A stretch of DNA of 64,000 nt from Rhynchobatus australiae. Lineage: Eukaryota. A model generated the notes under the pieces. That model was not told the DNA's origin. It ran no database searches and was given only the letters and a program-made list of their open reading frames with translations. Where the stretch lies: contig JAUZTB010000002.1 of NCBI GenBank assembly GCA_034780895.1, positions 68,686,663 through 68,750,662 on the forward strand. Reading direction: 5' to 3'. The position numbers and the translations under genes were made by a program. How positions within the stretch are numbered: position 1 is the stretch's first letter; each line of letters starts with the position of its first letter. Positions 42,241 to 55,075 of this stretch are shown piece after piece.

Positions 42241-42449
42241 GTGAGTACTAGTGTGGTTTATAGTTATGTTGGAAAGCAAGTATTAGTTTTTTGCTTAAAT
42301 TATTTAAAATGTTTTTCTATTTCAATAGTGTTTGTTGTAATTACTGTTCTGTGGGCAAATCTTTAAATTTTTGTTTTAATCTTTGAATGGCTTGAATATT
42401 GAAATGCAGGGTAGAAATTCAATATATTCATTGGAGATATGGCAAAAAT

Positions 42450-43330
42450 TAAGATACCAAATAGCTGCAACAGGTCATAAGCTAGCGGTACAGACAGGCA
42501 AGTGACAGAATTAATAACAGAAGTGTGAATGATTGTGCTTTGGCACAAGGGATGGGGAAAGGCTCTTAGACTCAATGGCAGTTTAAAAAGAAGACAGAAG
42601 CAGAGCCTCTGTGCGTGCACTTGAAGTTTTTGAAGGTGAGAGATTAGTTAGCAGGGCAAGTTGAACTCGAGGCTTTATGAAAAGAGTCAGGGAGTCTAGT
42701 AACAAGAGAAGGATATGCTGAACCTCTATGAAACACAGGTTAAGCCACAATTAGAGTATTGCATCCAGTTCTGGTCACTGCACTTGATAGGGGTGAAGGG
42801 GCTTGAGAGTGTGCAGAAGAGATTTATCAGAATGTTTCCAGGGATGAGGGATTTTAGCTGCAAGATTAGATTAGAGAAGCTTACTGGTTGTTCTTGAAGC
42901 AAAGAAAGCTAAAAAGTTTGAAGGTGCACAAGGCTATGGAAGATGTAGCTAAGCTTGACAAAGAATCTGTTCCCATTAGCTGATGATAAAAAGACAAAGG
43001 AGGATATGTAAGATTTTGGGCAGAATGTGCATGAAAAATATAAGGAAGAATTACTTTAATGCAATGAATGGCAAACGTATTGAATGTGCTGTCCATGATG
43101 GCCGTGGAGCTGGAGTCTATCAACAATCCCAAAAGGAAATGGGAGAAGTAGAAATAAACTATGATCCACAGCTGGAATATGACATGCATTCTTAGTCACC
43201 ACACTACAGAAAGAATACAGAAGTCCTTGAGAGGGTGCAAAAGAGATTTATCAGAATAATTCCGGAGTTGAAAAGAGAATGGGCCAATCCGGGTTGTTTT
43301 ATAGAGTCCATTTGGGTCAACTGGCTTCCT
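42450..43330 (+). mobile_element. Decayed CR1 ORF2 3' fragments
   Basis: MLNLYETQVKPQLEYCIQFWS...ESVQKRFIRMFPG (ORF 42715-42897); second partial copy 43155-43270. Confidence 0.8.
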
Positions 43331-43869
43331 GCTCTTCAATAACTCTCTATCAACAATGATTAGGATTTGCACTTGGCTATTAATAGTACTGGAAGATATT
43401 AAGTACTATACTGAGGATTTTGAATAATTAATAAGAGTACCACGTAAATAATAATAAAATGATAAAACCTCTCCTTCAAGATGTTAATTAATAAATGTTG
43501 TTCGCTTCTTATTGCATTGAAAGTAAATAACAACAGAAAGGCCGATGCATTTATAATACTTAAGTGAATATACACTGATAATATTGAAAGCAGTTTATAA
43601 ATGATAGAAAGGGTCTAAACTTAATAGAAACCTTGTAAGGGCTGATGAAAAAAGATAACAGGTATCAACAGTTTTTTTTGTGAAGAGGGCACGAGAGGCA
43701 GCAGGAGTTCCTATCCTGTTTTGCTGGATTATAAATAATGCAAGTGTGTTTACCTACCAAACTTTCATATGAACTAGCCGGCATGAACTAATGTATTAAG
43801 CACTCAGATGTTTCAAATTCAGCTGGAATAGAAAGGAAACAATGAAAAGTGGTTTTCTTTTTCATAAAA

Positions 43870-44279
43870 TCATAGAAAGTACAGCACAATCAAGGCCCTT
43901 TGGCCCACAATGTTGTGCTGACCCTTAAATCGCACCTAAGACTTATTTAACCCCTTCCTCCCACATATCCCTCTATTTTAAATTCTCCATATGCGTATCT
44001 AGCAATCTCTTGAATTTGACCAATATACCTGCCTCCACCACCGCCCTAGGCAGCGCATTCCATGCCCCAACCACTCTCTGGGTAAAAAATCTCCCTTGAA
44101 CTTCCCACCCATTACTTTAAAGCCATGCCCTCTTGTATTGAGTATTAGTGTCCTGGGAAAGAGGTGCTGGCTGTCTACTCTTTATATTCCTCTTAATATT
44201 TTGTATACCTCCTATCATGTCTCCTCTCATCCTTCCTCTCTCCAAAGAGTAAAGCCCTAGCTCCCTTAGTTTCTCCTCA
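43870..44279 (-). mobile_element. CR1/HER1 LINE 3' end running into gap
   Basis: catagaaagtacagcacaatcaaggccctttggcccaca tail; cattccatgccccaaccactctctgggtaaaaaa. Confidence 0.85.
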
Positions 44280-44379
44280 NNNNNNNNNNNNNNNNNNNNN
44301 NNNNNNNNNNNNNNNNNNNNNNNNNNNNNNNNNNNNNNNNNNNNNNNNNNNNNNNNNNNNNNNNNNNNNNNNNNNNNNN

Positions 44380-44450
44380 AAGATGCACCAACTTGAAGAA
44401 CAATTGAGCAATGAAATGCAAGCCAAAGATGAAATGGAGCAAAAATTTAG
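44380..44450 (+). CDS. ROCK2: ROCK2 exon 12, 5'-truncated by assembly gap: KMHQLEEQLSNEMQAKDEMEQKF(R)
   Basis: Similar to human KLYTLEEHLSNEMQAKEELEQK; gtatgt donor; acceptor hidden in N run 44280-44379. Confidence 0.9.
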
Positions 44451-44786
44451 GTATGTCACAGTCAGGACAAATTTTTGTAATAATTTGCACTAATAGATTG
44501 AGTTACGTGTGCTTTTTGTCTGTAGAATATAAAATGACTTTGTTTTTATAGGGAGCCCAGAAATAATTGTTGCCATTACAATGATGTCCTTTAGCCACAT
44601 CCTCAGAGCATCAACAATTATAAAAAAACATTCTGAATCGTAACTTGTACTGTGTGTCACTGGAACCAAATTGTTCACGTTTAAGTGTTTTACTGTCTCA
44701 ATGATCAGCTTCCTCTTGATGGGCATGATTCAAATGCAAAGGAATACCAGAAATCACATGTAGTTAAATTTTTTAAGATATTGAAG

Positions 44787-45073
44787 TCATAGGATCATTA
44801 AGCATGGGAGCAGGCGCTTTGGCCCACTGAATGCATGATGACTATCAAGCATCTAATTCCTTTTTATTCTCCCTACCTTCCCTTGAGCTTCCCCCAGATT
44901 CTACTACTCACCTGCACTGGAAGCAATTTACAGTGGCCAAGTAACCTATTGACCGTCATGCCTTTTGAGATGTGGGGATGAAATCCCTGCAGTCCACACA
45001 GCACCGGAGATCAGGATTGAACTTGTGTTGCTGGGAATGTGAGGCAGTAGCTCCACTCGCTGTGGCATGGTAC
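44787..45073 (-). mobile_element. HE1-type SINE (tRNA head, V domain, HER1-like tail)
   Basis: caggattgaac B box on - strand, tgtgaggcagtagc head, gcaatttacagtggccaa core, CR1-like tail. Confidence 0.75.
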
Positions 45074-45199
45074 TTCTATGTGTAGATTGGTTACATGATC
45101 CTCTTAATTTAAGAACATCTGAGAAGGTTTTTAAAAAGTCAATCGTATATGTAATGAAATTGTTAATTGCTGTGAATAAATGGTTCCCTGATACAAAAG

Positions 45200-45530
45200 A
45201 CCTCACAGTATCCTATAATGACTTGCAGCCAATGAATTAACTTGGTTGCCTGGTTACTTTTTGCAGAAGCTCTTGGGGGAGAGTGAGGGGACAGCAAATT
45301 GTGAGAATTTCCTTCCACCCCAAACTTCTGTCCTGTTAAGGACAAGGTGATGTTGGGCTCATATATCACAGACTCATTAACCACTTTTCTAAGCACAATA
45401 TAACCTTCTGCTCGATCCCCACTAAGCAGTGCAGCTAAATGTTTATAAATGCCATGAGTGTTGGTCTTATTTTGGATGGCGTGGCCCAGTTGTTCTTTCT
45501 TAGCCCTCAAGTGAGAGTGGAGCTGCAATG
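45200..45530 (-). mobile_element. Decayed DeuSINE/SacSINE1-like copy
   Basis: gcagccaatgaattaactt tail and agcagtgcagc...gtgttggtcttatttt match reverse complement of 1057-1700 motifs. Confidence 0.45.
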
Positions 45531-47216
45531 GTGAGTGGGATCTCCATCAAGAAAACCCAAAGACTTAATAGGAATGTGTAGGAATAGGAATAAGAAAATG
45601 CCTTGCTGTACCTTGTCACCTGACTCCTTGGTGCAGTGTGTTGTTGAGGTTGGCCCTTTGCATTTCTGCTCGGGTAAGTGCAGGGGGGCTGGGACCACAA
45701 GCAGCAAGCCCAGTTTGAGAACGTTCAGCCCCATATTTTCAATGAATGCACCTCGGGTGTACTTGCATTGAATTTTACATTCTGCAAAGAGAACTGATGT
45801 TAGTGCAAAATGAATGACGTTTCCCTGATGCTTTTATCCTGTAGTACTTTAATGATGCTATGTTAAATACACTGAAATACACATAGGAGCTTTTGGGATT
45901 CCTCACCATTCATTTAGCACAACTGACTTTAATTGTTTAGTTATCAGGAATTTCATTATTTGGTTCTGTTGATATTTAACAACAAACTCTTGATATTATA
46001 TGATTGAAGGTGGAAAGAACTACTGATGTATTTGGGGAGGAAATTTGAGAGCTGGGCGCTTGTTGATTAAATTCATTGTTTAATCAGGAGTAATTAAATT
46101 TTAGAGATTATCGGGAGACCAAAATTGGACAAGCGCGGGAGGAATTGTTGGGCTGGTGATGTTACTGAGATGGGAATGGCAAGACTATGTACAAGTTGGA
46201 AAACAAGGATGTATTTTTTTCACATTGAGGTATTAATTAGAATCCACAATAAGTGAGCAACTGTGATGTTTGAAAGAAACTTGGTTTGAGTTTAAGTGGA
46301 ACTCAGATTTGCAGAAAATAAGAGTGCACTGGAATAGTCAAGCTGAGAGGTAATAAAGACATAGGTGAAAGTTTCAGTAAGTGAGCTGAGGGGCCAAATG
46401 TGACATTGAGGTTGCAAACCGTCCAGTTACGTTTCAGATAGCAGATGAGAAAGTTGGAGTCAGTGACTCTGGAATTGAGTTTGTGGCAGGGACCAAAATT
46501 TGTTCTTGGCAATATTTAAGGAAATTCCTGCTCATCTAGTACTGGATCTGGGAGAAGTTGATAATGTAGAGACAATGGAGTGGTTGAGAGGAAGGACTGA
46601 TATAAAATAAGATTTTGTAAATAAACACCTAGAAACTGACATTGTTTTCAGATGTTTTTCTTAATGGTTAGCATGTAAATGAGAAGACTTCAAGGGTTGA
46701 TTTTATGGAGAGGTTGGAGATAACTGCATAGAAGCAGAAAGGAAAGCTGATGATGAAGATTCCCTGGTTATGACAGCAGGATGGATAAGAATAGAACCGA
46801 ATAAGAGTGGCCCCAGCCAGCTGGATGAAAGATGAATTTGACTGACTTTAATCTTTCTGTTCTCTAAATATTAATACCCAATTATTTGGGGAGAACTCCA
46901 AAGTAAAGACTGACATCAAGGAAAACATAAGTGGACTTCATCTTAACCATAATAATTGAAATTTCACGTAGCAAAATGCATATTCTGCATAGTTGTAGTC
47001 TCTTGCAGGGTTGATGGTGAAAGTGTCAACGCACTCTGAGGTGCCCTAGTATGATGTGTACATTTAAAGAAAAAAAATACAGTTTATTGCTTCAACAGAA
47101 ACTTACCAGCTAAGATAATTGGAAAAATAGAATTAACATTTTGAATCTCTTCTATTTTGCTTCAAGTTATGTTTCAGGACCTGATCTTCACTTGACTTTT
47201 ACTGTTTCATTTGTAG

Positions 47217-47265
47217 AACCACAAGCAGTCGTCTGGAAAAGATATCCAAAGATTTGGAAGATGAG
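47217..47265 (+). CDS. ROCK2: ROCK2 exon 13 (49 nt): (R)TTSSRLEKISKDLEDE
   Basis: tttgtag acceptor, gtatag donor; phase 2 to phase 0. Confidence 0.9.
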
Positions 47266-47904
47266 GTATAGCTTTTCTTTTAATGTATTCTCTGCCAGGT
47301 GCTTGTTAATATTTATCTATCATTTAAATGATTTGAATTTGGTTGGATGAATAGCTTGAGCTTGTTTTTAGATATTGTCATCTTGTTTCCTGTATTTCTG
47401 ATGATTTGTTTAGCCTGAAAAGCCAAGTGAAGAGTACACATTTAATAATCCTATGGTCTACCTAAAAAAAAATGAATAAGTAAATGAAATAAAAGTTTAT
47501 GCTTGGACAGGAAAGGCAAGTTATGGATAGGATAATAACTGGAAGAGATTTGATAGAAAGGTTAGCTTTAAAGTTATTTAAGTTTTATTAATTCTATTGG
47601 ATTGCATTCTCTTTGAGCAAAAAAAGAGCATTCGTTCAACCTTTCAGTCATCATTGGATTCAGCTGTAATACAAGGGTACAGAAGGATTGTTAATGTTAG
47701 ATCACTGTTCAAGAAAGAAGAATAAACCAGGAAATTGCACTTGGTCAACATACCCTTTCTGTTGGGGAAGTTAATGGATGCTATTATCAACAACAAAATA
47801 AACTTTTGTTTGGAAAGATCTGGGTTGATCAGAGAGCCGGCATAAATGTATGAAGTGAAAATTTTACTGCTTAAAAGACTGTAGCAAAGTAGTTAAATAA
47901 CTGA

Positions 47905-48190
47905 ATAAGCAGCTAGACACCTGGATCATTGATGAAGAGCATGAGTTTGAATCCCATGAAGACAGCTAGAGAATTCAAATTAGTGTCTAATTTGAAGAAA
48001 AGCTGGTTTCAAGTAAATACCTGTCGACTTATTTAACTTAAGAGAAGGAAATCTGCCATCCTTACTTGATTTGGCTTATTTACAACTCTACACCTGCCAA
48101 TCTAGTTGACTCTTAAATTCCTCCTTTACTTCAGGAGCAATTATGGTGGACAATAAATCTATGACAGACATCTATGCCCTGGGAAGAAAT
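47905..48190 (+). mobile_element. Old tRNA-derived SINE (same family as 8195-8560)
   Basis: gagtttgaatccca B box; gaaggaaatctgccatccttac; gttgactcttaa; gcaattatggtggacaataaat. Confidence 0.65.
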
Positions 48191-49135
48191 AAAAATATGC
48201 AATTGAAATTTTTGAATAAAGATTGATCAGGGTGGTGCAGTTGATGTAAATAAATATTTTTCAGAAATTATTTGATGTGCAGTAGTTAAAAACATAGAAG
48301 CTGCTTGGGCTTGTAAATAAGAAGGGTAGAATATAAATGTAAAGAAACGTATAATAGGATCTCTCTCAGCTGTGCTTACACCCTCAGTGGGTGTACTAAA
48401 TGGAAAGATCTCAAAAGGATTTAAATAATTCATTTATTTACTCCAGTCCAGAAAAGCTGTGAATATCTTGTGCTTTTGATGCAAATCCCCAAAAGCAGAA
48501 ATAGGAATTTAAAGTTCTTATTTAATAGATGGAAACTAATGGGGTATTTGTCTGATATTCTGGTGTGAGCTCCAGACACTCGAATTGCTGACATTTAACT
48601 ACAAATATCTATAATCACTGTTAGCTTTTTTGCCATAAACACAGAACATTGCATTTAGTTATCTTTTTAATGCTAAAAATAAATGCTGAATTTAGTGAAG
48701 GAAAGAATACACACCAAATGTGGTTTGAGTTTGCACCAGATTCATCAACTTTGGACATTTTGAGGANNNNNNNNNNGAATGGAAAGACAGAAGGATTTGA
48801 GAGTGGCTGACCTAGTGATTATGTCACTGAACTGATAATTCAAATGGAACTGTATTCAAATCCCATCAATACACTGTAGAAATTTGAATTCTGCAGAAAA
48901 ATAACATTAAACAGTTTCCTTCGCTAAAAATTCTTAATTTTGATGCTTATTTTCCCTACATTTTAGATGATTATTGTAAAAATTAAATACAATCATAATA
49001 CAAATATCAAGAACTAATTCAAAAGCCAAGTTGTTTCATAATGTATCCTTTTATCATTACCATTTTTTTTTGGAAAAGGACTGCCTACTCGGTATACAAA
49101 ATATTTTGATTACTAATTAAACCTCTGCTTTTTAG

Positions 49136-49271
49136 ATAACATGCAGGAAAGATGTGGAATCAGCTTTAAGGCAATTAGAACGAGAAAAAGCACTTCTTCA
49201 GCACAAGAATGCAGAATATCATCGTAAAGCTGAAATGGAAGTGGATAAAAAACGTGGCTTAGAAAATGAGG
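49136..49271 (+). CDS. ROCK2: ROCK2 exon 14 (136 nt): ITCRKDVESALRQLEREKALLQHKNAEYHRKAEMEVDKKRGLENE(V)
   Basis: ctttttag acceptor, gtagga donor; overlaps ORF 49154-49411. Confidence 0.95.
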
Positions 49272-50076
49272 GTAGGATCAAAGATATGTACCTTGTATTT
49301 CAGATTANNNNNNNNNNNNNNNNNNNNNNNNNNNNNNNNNNNNNNNNNNNNNNNNNNNNNNNNNNNNNNNNNNNNNNNNNNNNNNNNNNNNNNNNNNNNN
49401 NNNNNNNCTAAAATTTACATAACCCACCAGAACAATAATGGGCTAGTATGCAGCCCAGTGTGCACAATGAAGAAAAGTACAGTAGATGCTATAAATCTGA
49501 AATAAAATATGTTGAAAATACTTCGCAGGCCAGACAGCATCTGTGGAGGCAAAATTAGTAAATATTTCAGGCTGATGAGGTTTTATAGTGACTCGAAACA
49601 TAACGTAATTTAACAAGTTTCATTTAAGGAAGAGAAATTGGTGGTTGTGGGGAAGGGGTGTTGTTAGTTGGAGGGGAGGAAAGCATGGAAGGAAAGGTCT
49701 GGAATTAATTGGCAGGCACAAGAGAATCAGAATTACCAGAAGGGGTGGTGGATCAATAAAGTAAAGGTAATGGGCCTGAGTATCACGAAAATGTTCCCAT
49801 TGTTCCCTTTTATATTCTCCAGACACTTAAATCAATCTATTGCCACTTTGTTTTCCATCCTTTGTCATTTAATTTCTGCAGCATTCCACCTTATTACAGA
49901 CCTTTACCCACCACTTTCTATGCNNNNNNNNNNNNNNNNNNNNNNNNNNNNNNNNNNNNNNNNNNNNNNNNNNNNNNNNNNNNNNNNNNNNNNNNNNNNN
50001 NNNNNNNNNNNNNNNNNNNNNNNNNNNNNNNNNNNNNNNNNNNNNNNNNNNNNNNNNNNNNNNNNNNNNNNNNNNN

Positions 50077-50301
50077 GTTACTAAGTACTGACCATGCAGG
50101 GTGCCCAAACTTTTGCTTCGGGCCCTTTTTCTTATTTGTTATTTTGTAACTATAAAAGATGGAAATAAAATAAGTAATCTCACTTAAAATATGAAAGAAA
50201 TGTGTCATCTTTAACTTTATGCCTTTTGCAAATCAGGTTATCTAGCTATTCACAGTAACAGAAATTTTGACTAGGGGCGCCCAAACTTTTGTATGCCACT
50301 G
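50077..50301. mobile_element. Tc1-family DNA transposon terminus (IR/DR type); remainder in gap
   Basis: Two direct repeats gggYgcccaaacttttg (50099 and 50275) about 176 bp apart, terminus ccactg followed by TA. Confidence 0.85.
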
Positions 50302-52094
50302 TACATTCTGATTTGAAGTAATCAAGAAGGGTTCAAGCTGGCATAGAAAAGTTGACATTTGTAGCTAAATGGATTCTCTTTTCCTTGGTCATGAAGAAAG
50401 CACGAGTTCCACATATTTGTTGTTCAAATTGAGGTTGGAAAGTGTAAGTAAGTAAAATTTAAGAGATCATTTGCCATTCAGGGCGATCATTCTGTTTTTT
50501 TTGGCAGTAAAGAGTTAGAACCAGTGGAGCTGAAACTACTTCTGAATATGTGCTACCTCATCCAAAAGGGACACTTTTATAGGTGAGAGAAGGGCCTGTA
50601 ACTTGGCATCTATAGCACAAGAAAAGTCTTTTCACCAGTGTGGTTTCCTGCTTGTGTTTACCGAATTGGTACTTTACTTCATCATAGCTCCCCCAAATTC
50701 TGTGACCTTGGATGGAGCTTGGCTCCTTTATTTTTTTTCTTCTCTCACTGTACAAAGTGAGGCAAATCATCCTTGGTATTAAATGGCTAGCCTTGATACA
50801 TCATTGACATACCAGCAGCTTTTAACTTTGCTGTGTAATTGCTATTGATATAGCTGGATTGGAATAGTTTGACTTGAGGCACATCTAGCTCTAGAGTACA
50901 ACTGTTCATCGCCTCAGCTGGAATGTTGTTAATGCTCATAACCTTGGCTGCATTGTTTGAACTTTGTTGTTTCTTGATATCACAAGGAGTAACTTTGATT
51001 GGCTGACGACTGACTGAGGGTATAAGAAGGAAGTGTGGATGGATCATCTGTCTTCACTACTTGTGTGCAGTTGAACAGAAATCTTTTCAGTGCTAAAACC
51101 ACGTGCATTATGAGTTCAGGTCTAGAATAAAAAGGATCATGGAAGAGCACTTGCTGTAAGATTTTGCATTTGCTTCAGCTTTGTTTTTGGCATTTGATTG
51201 TTAGATTCTATCATCATTGAATATGTGGATGTTCAGCGTGTCTTCTGCTTTGTTAGTTTGTTGTTACTCACCATAACTTTGTGGTAGGACTTTTTTTGAT
51301 TTTTGGGATCATCCAATTAGTTTTTGGATTTAGTTCAGCATGCATGAAGTCCTGTCTTATAGCTTCATGTTAGCATTTCATTTTCATGATTGTTTTGGTC
51401 TGATGCTGAATGCTCCTGTTATTGCCTCAGTGAACAGGGGTTAGTCCCTGGCATGATGGTAACAGTACAATGAGGAATTTGCCACGCACTGAGATTGCAG
51501 ATTGAAATGGTGACATAGGTGCCTCGTGGAAACCTATTTTTGAGGCATTGGATTAATTATAAATTCATCACAATGAAAGAATCATTTTCCGTGAACAAGT
51601 ATGCCTTCAGTGAGATAACAGCACTTTGTTTCCAGAAGAGGCTACATGATGGCCTCTCGTACTACTTCCTTGCACCTGCGGCAAAATAAATTGATGAAGG
51701 CAATGTCAAATAAGTTTCGACTTCAGATGTTCCTTTTGTATTTTTCTGCAGGCCTGGATTGCATTTATGCTTCTGAATATTTGCTTCACTCAGTGAATAG
51801 TGATACTAGCCAGCGAGAGCATATATTGTGTTCTTGATACTCTTAAATTATTCTTTGAAGTTGTGTTTAATGTAAAGTGGTACTGATTATCATATGGGAA
51901 AAGGAAGTGCAGGTAATCATAAGGTTGTCTTGTCCACAATTAACCTTGCTTCAATGGTTCAAAATGTGATGTTTAAGATGGTAAAGCTCTTGTCATCGTT
52001 ACTGAGGTTGGCCTGCAGTAGATCAGAATGTTATCAGGAATGTGATTGGTTTGTCTGGGATTTTGGCTGAGCAGCATGATTCTGTGAAGAAATC

Positions 52095-52300
52095 AGGAAA
52101 AAATGGAAGTACTCAGCAGATCAGGCAGCGCCTATGGAGAGAAAAACAGTTAACATTTCAGGTCAATATCCTACTGTTGGAACAAGATGGTCATCAACAT
52201 GAAATGTTAACTCTATCTCTGTCCACAGATGCTGACTGAACTGAATATTTCTGGAATTCTGGGTTTTTGTTTGTTTTCCAGTATCTGCAATTTTTTGCTT
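52095..52300. mobile_element. Inverted pair of Penelope-type terminal repeats (fold-back)
   Basis: agttaacatttca 52148-52160 and tgaaatgttaact 52200-52212 are perfect inverted repeats; flanking arms continue imperfectly. Confidence 0.7.
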
Positions 52301-52869
52301 TTATGATTCTTTATCGAGCTCCTGTTTAATTCAGCTGTGGGACAGTTCTTCCAGTTTGGGCAGAAATCCCCAGATAATAGAAGGGCAAGTTTTGTGGAGG
52401 AGTGGGCTGGAGTGCCTTTGCCTTTTCAGAATCTGATGCGTAGATCAATGCTAGGCGTTAGGTCTGATTTTTATTATTAGTATTTTGCTATCACTGTTTT
52501 ATATAACAGTGGTTAGCGGACTTTGAGCACAGTTTACTGTGTCAGTGTGGGAATTAGGGATAGTGATTGGGGAGCCAGTCTGTAAATGTTACGTCCTCAT
52601 TCAAGGTCTTTGATAGCCACCTGCTGTTTCAGAAGTGATGTTATTTACTCCTAAGTGCAAGATGGCATAGAATTGTTTGGAATGGCTTGAATTGCTGAAA
52701 TTTCTAAAAGAATACACAAGCCTTGTACATTATACTTTCAACAAAAGGCATATACCAAAGTGACAGACGTGTAAGAACAGAATGTCAGTATCTCTGTCAC
52801 TTTACAAATCATCAGCAAGGTTGAAAAACATCATTTTAATAGGTAGTCATGACCTTTTTTTCTCTTCAG

Positions 52870-52961
52870 TTAATAGTCTGAAGGATCAACTTGAAGACCT
52901 GAAGAAAAGGAATCAGAACTCCCAAATTTCAAATGAGAAAATGGCTCAATTACAGAGACAG
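52870..52961 (+). CDS. ROCK2: ROCK2 exon 15 (92 nt): (V)NSLKDQLEDLKKRNQNSQISNEKMAQLQRQ
   Basis: tctcttcag acceptor, gttggt donor; ORF 52782-53027. Confidence 0.95.
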
Positions 52962-55075
52962 GTTGGTGGTAGAACTTTTTCTACAAATATTGCTTCTTGG
53001 TTTAATATAATAGGACTGAAACACTGACACTCTGACTGCATCTGTGATCCATCTCTGAAGAGGAATTGTTCGAATTTTCTTCATAACTTGGATGGAACCT
53101 TGAGTCTTTCAGTCTTTTGTTCAGTTTATTATTTTCCTGGACTAAAATTTGAATGAAAATCTCTTTTTACTTTGGCTTTTGTTACAGTATTAGTTCTGTC
53201 TGATCATAGATGATGATACTGTTAAAGAACAGATGGAAATGACTCTGAACATCCTTGATAATGGCAGAAGCGTTAGTGACCTCTTTCAGCCCTCAGTGCC
53301 AAGTGGATTATCCTTCTTGGCTGCCTCCTGAAGTTCCATCATCACAGCAACAATTTATACCACTGCACCTGAGATGTAGAAATAACTGAATGTACTTGTT
53401 AAAGCAAATTCTGCAGGCCCGATATATTGCAACAATGAAATTGACTAGAATTACCCATGCCCTACCTAGAGTGCTGCAATACAACACTGACATATGCCTA
53501 AAATGTCCTCAAATGACCTTAAGAGACCATTTAGACAAAAACCATGGCTAATCCAACTGTCCTGATTACAGCCCTATCTGTCCATTCTCAGTCATCAGCA
53601 AAGCAGTTCTGTCCATTGTTTTCAGGTAATAATTATTCACAAATAAGCTGTTGACCACAGCTCGCTTTGGGTTCCACTGGAAATATCTTGCTCCACTAAG
53701 CACAACTATTTTCTTTTGTTTGTCCCACCTCCCGTCAGATGGTAGTTAGTTTTTTTTTACTAATGTTGGTATGCTCGTCAGCATTGTTCGTAATACCTCA
53801 AATACTGAAGCAGTCCACGTCTGCCGGCATGAAGGCATGTACAATATCAGTAGCACTAATTTTCATGAAGTTGGGTAACCCGTGAAAAGGTATTTCCACT
53901 TTCTTGATTTCTTTTAATGAGAAAATACCATTACTGTCTGGACTGCGAAGTTAGTATGTTAATTAGTTGGCAGACATTTCAATGGCTTCTTAAGTAAACT
54001 GCCAATCTTAATTTCTTAACTAAGAAAATCAGTCTGCCAACCATCAGATTCTGTGTTCTTAAAAATGTGGGCCAAGTAATGCTTGATGCGATCTGCTCTT
54101 TGATCTCACTTGCTGAACTGTCCTATGGCTGATCTCTTTGTGGCCTGCAGGTTCAAACAGATTAAAAAGCTTGCTTCCATAGCCATTCCTGGCAGTGAAA
54201 CAATCTTAGTGACAACTGGGCCTCAGGTGGTATATCCTTGTGTCTTATCCTTTTATTACCCTGATGGTCTTTCAAAGATCTTAAATTGCTTTTAAATGTC
54301 ACTGATCAAATACATTAAAAAACATCCAAAGGATTGAAATATTTTTAAAAGTATATTAGCATACTAATATTTAACATAACATTTAAGTGGGGGAAAAATG
54401 ATTAAAAAAAAACACTAAGACTAAGTTTTTTTTAAAAATACCAGCATTTTTCAGCCCAGGTTAGTGACGTGGCAGTCATCATTGCTATAAGGCAAAACGA
54501 TCATATGGGAACTCTCCTGTTCAGCAGGACTGAACTCAGTGCCAAGTCTAACAAAGAGGTGGCAGATCTTGCACTGGCAGCTAAACTCTGGCTTTTCTGT
54601 CTGTCATACTGCTGTGTACAGGCACAGAAGGCAGACAGACAACGACTTGCAAAGAGCATTTTTGCCAGTAGTTCTCAACCAAACCATTGGACACTGATGC
54701 ACTTGTGTGCACCAATCAAGTTTGAGTCCTGTTTCTTGGGTTAAGTTTATTAAATGATTTCTTGTAAGCCTGCTCTCATGTTATCTTTGTAGATGTGCTT
54801 TAATTTGTTTGGTTGCAAATTTTCTCTTGTTCTTTTCCCAACATGTTTCTAATTCTGAATTACAGTTTCCTTCTGATGGCTTGTTTAAATGATCATTCAT
54901 TCTCAAGCCACAACTGAAGTTCAGCTGGTTATCTGAATTTTGGTGACAATTTTATGGTGTTGGATGCTTTGTTACAACTTTATAGTTTTGGTATTTATGG
55001 AAACTTTCTGATGTGCAGTAGCTACAAATCAAAGTTGAAGCTCATGCCTATTAACTTAAATAACTGTATTTCCAA

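Noticed and set aside
42309-42345. Pyrimidine tract plus AG (tttttctatttcaatag) as the microexon acceptor
   Set aside because: Next codons are tgt ttg ttg taa (stop), and the best nearby donor gives an 8-nt frameshifting exon.
54450-54720. Possible LF-SINE relic
   Set aside because: Only two or three short motif resemblances; not collinear enough to support a call.
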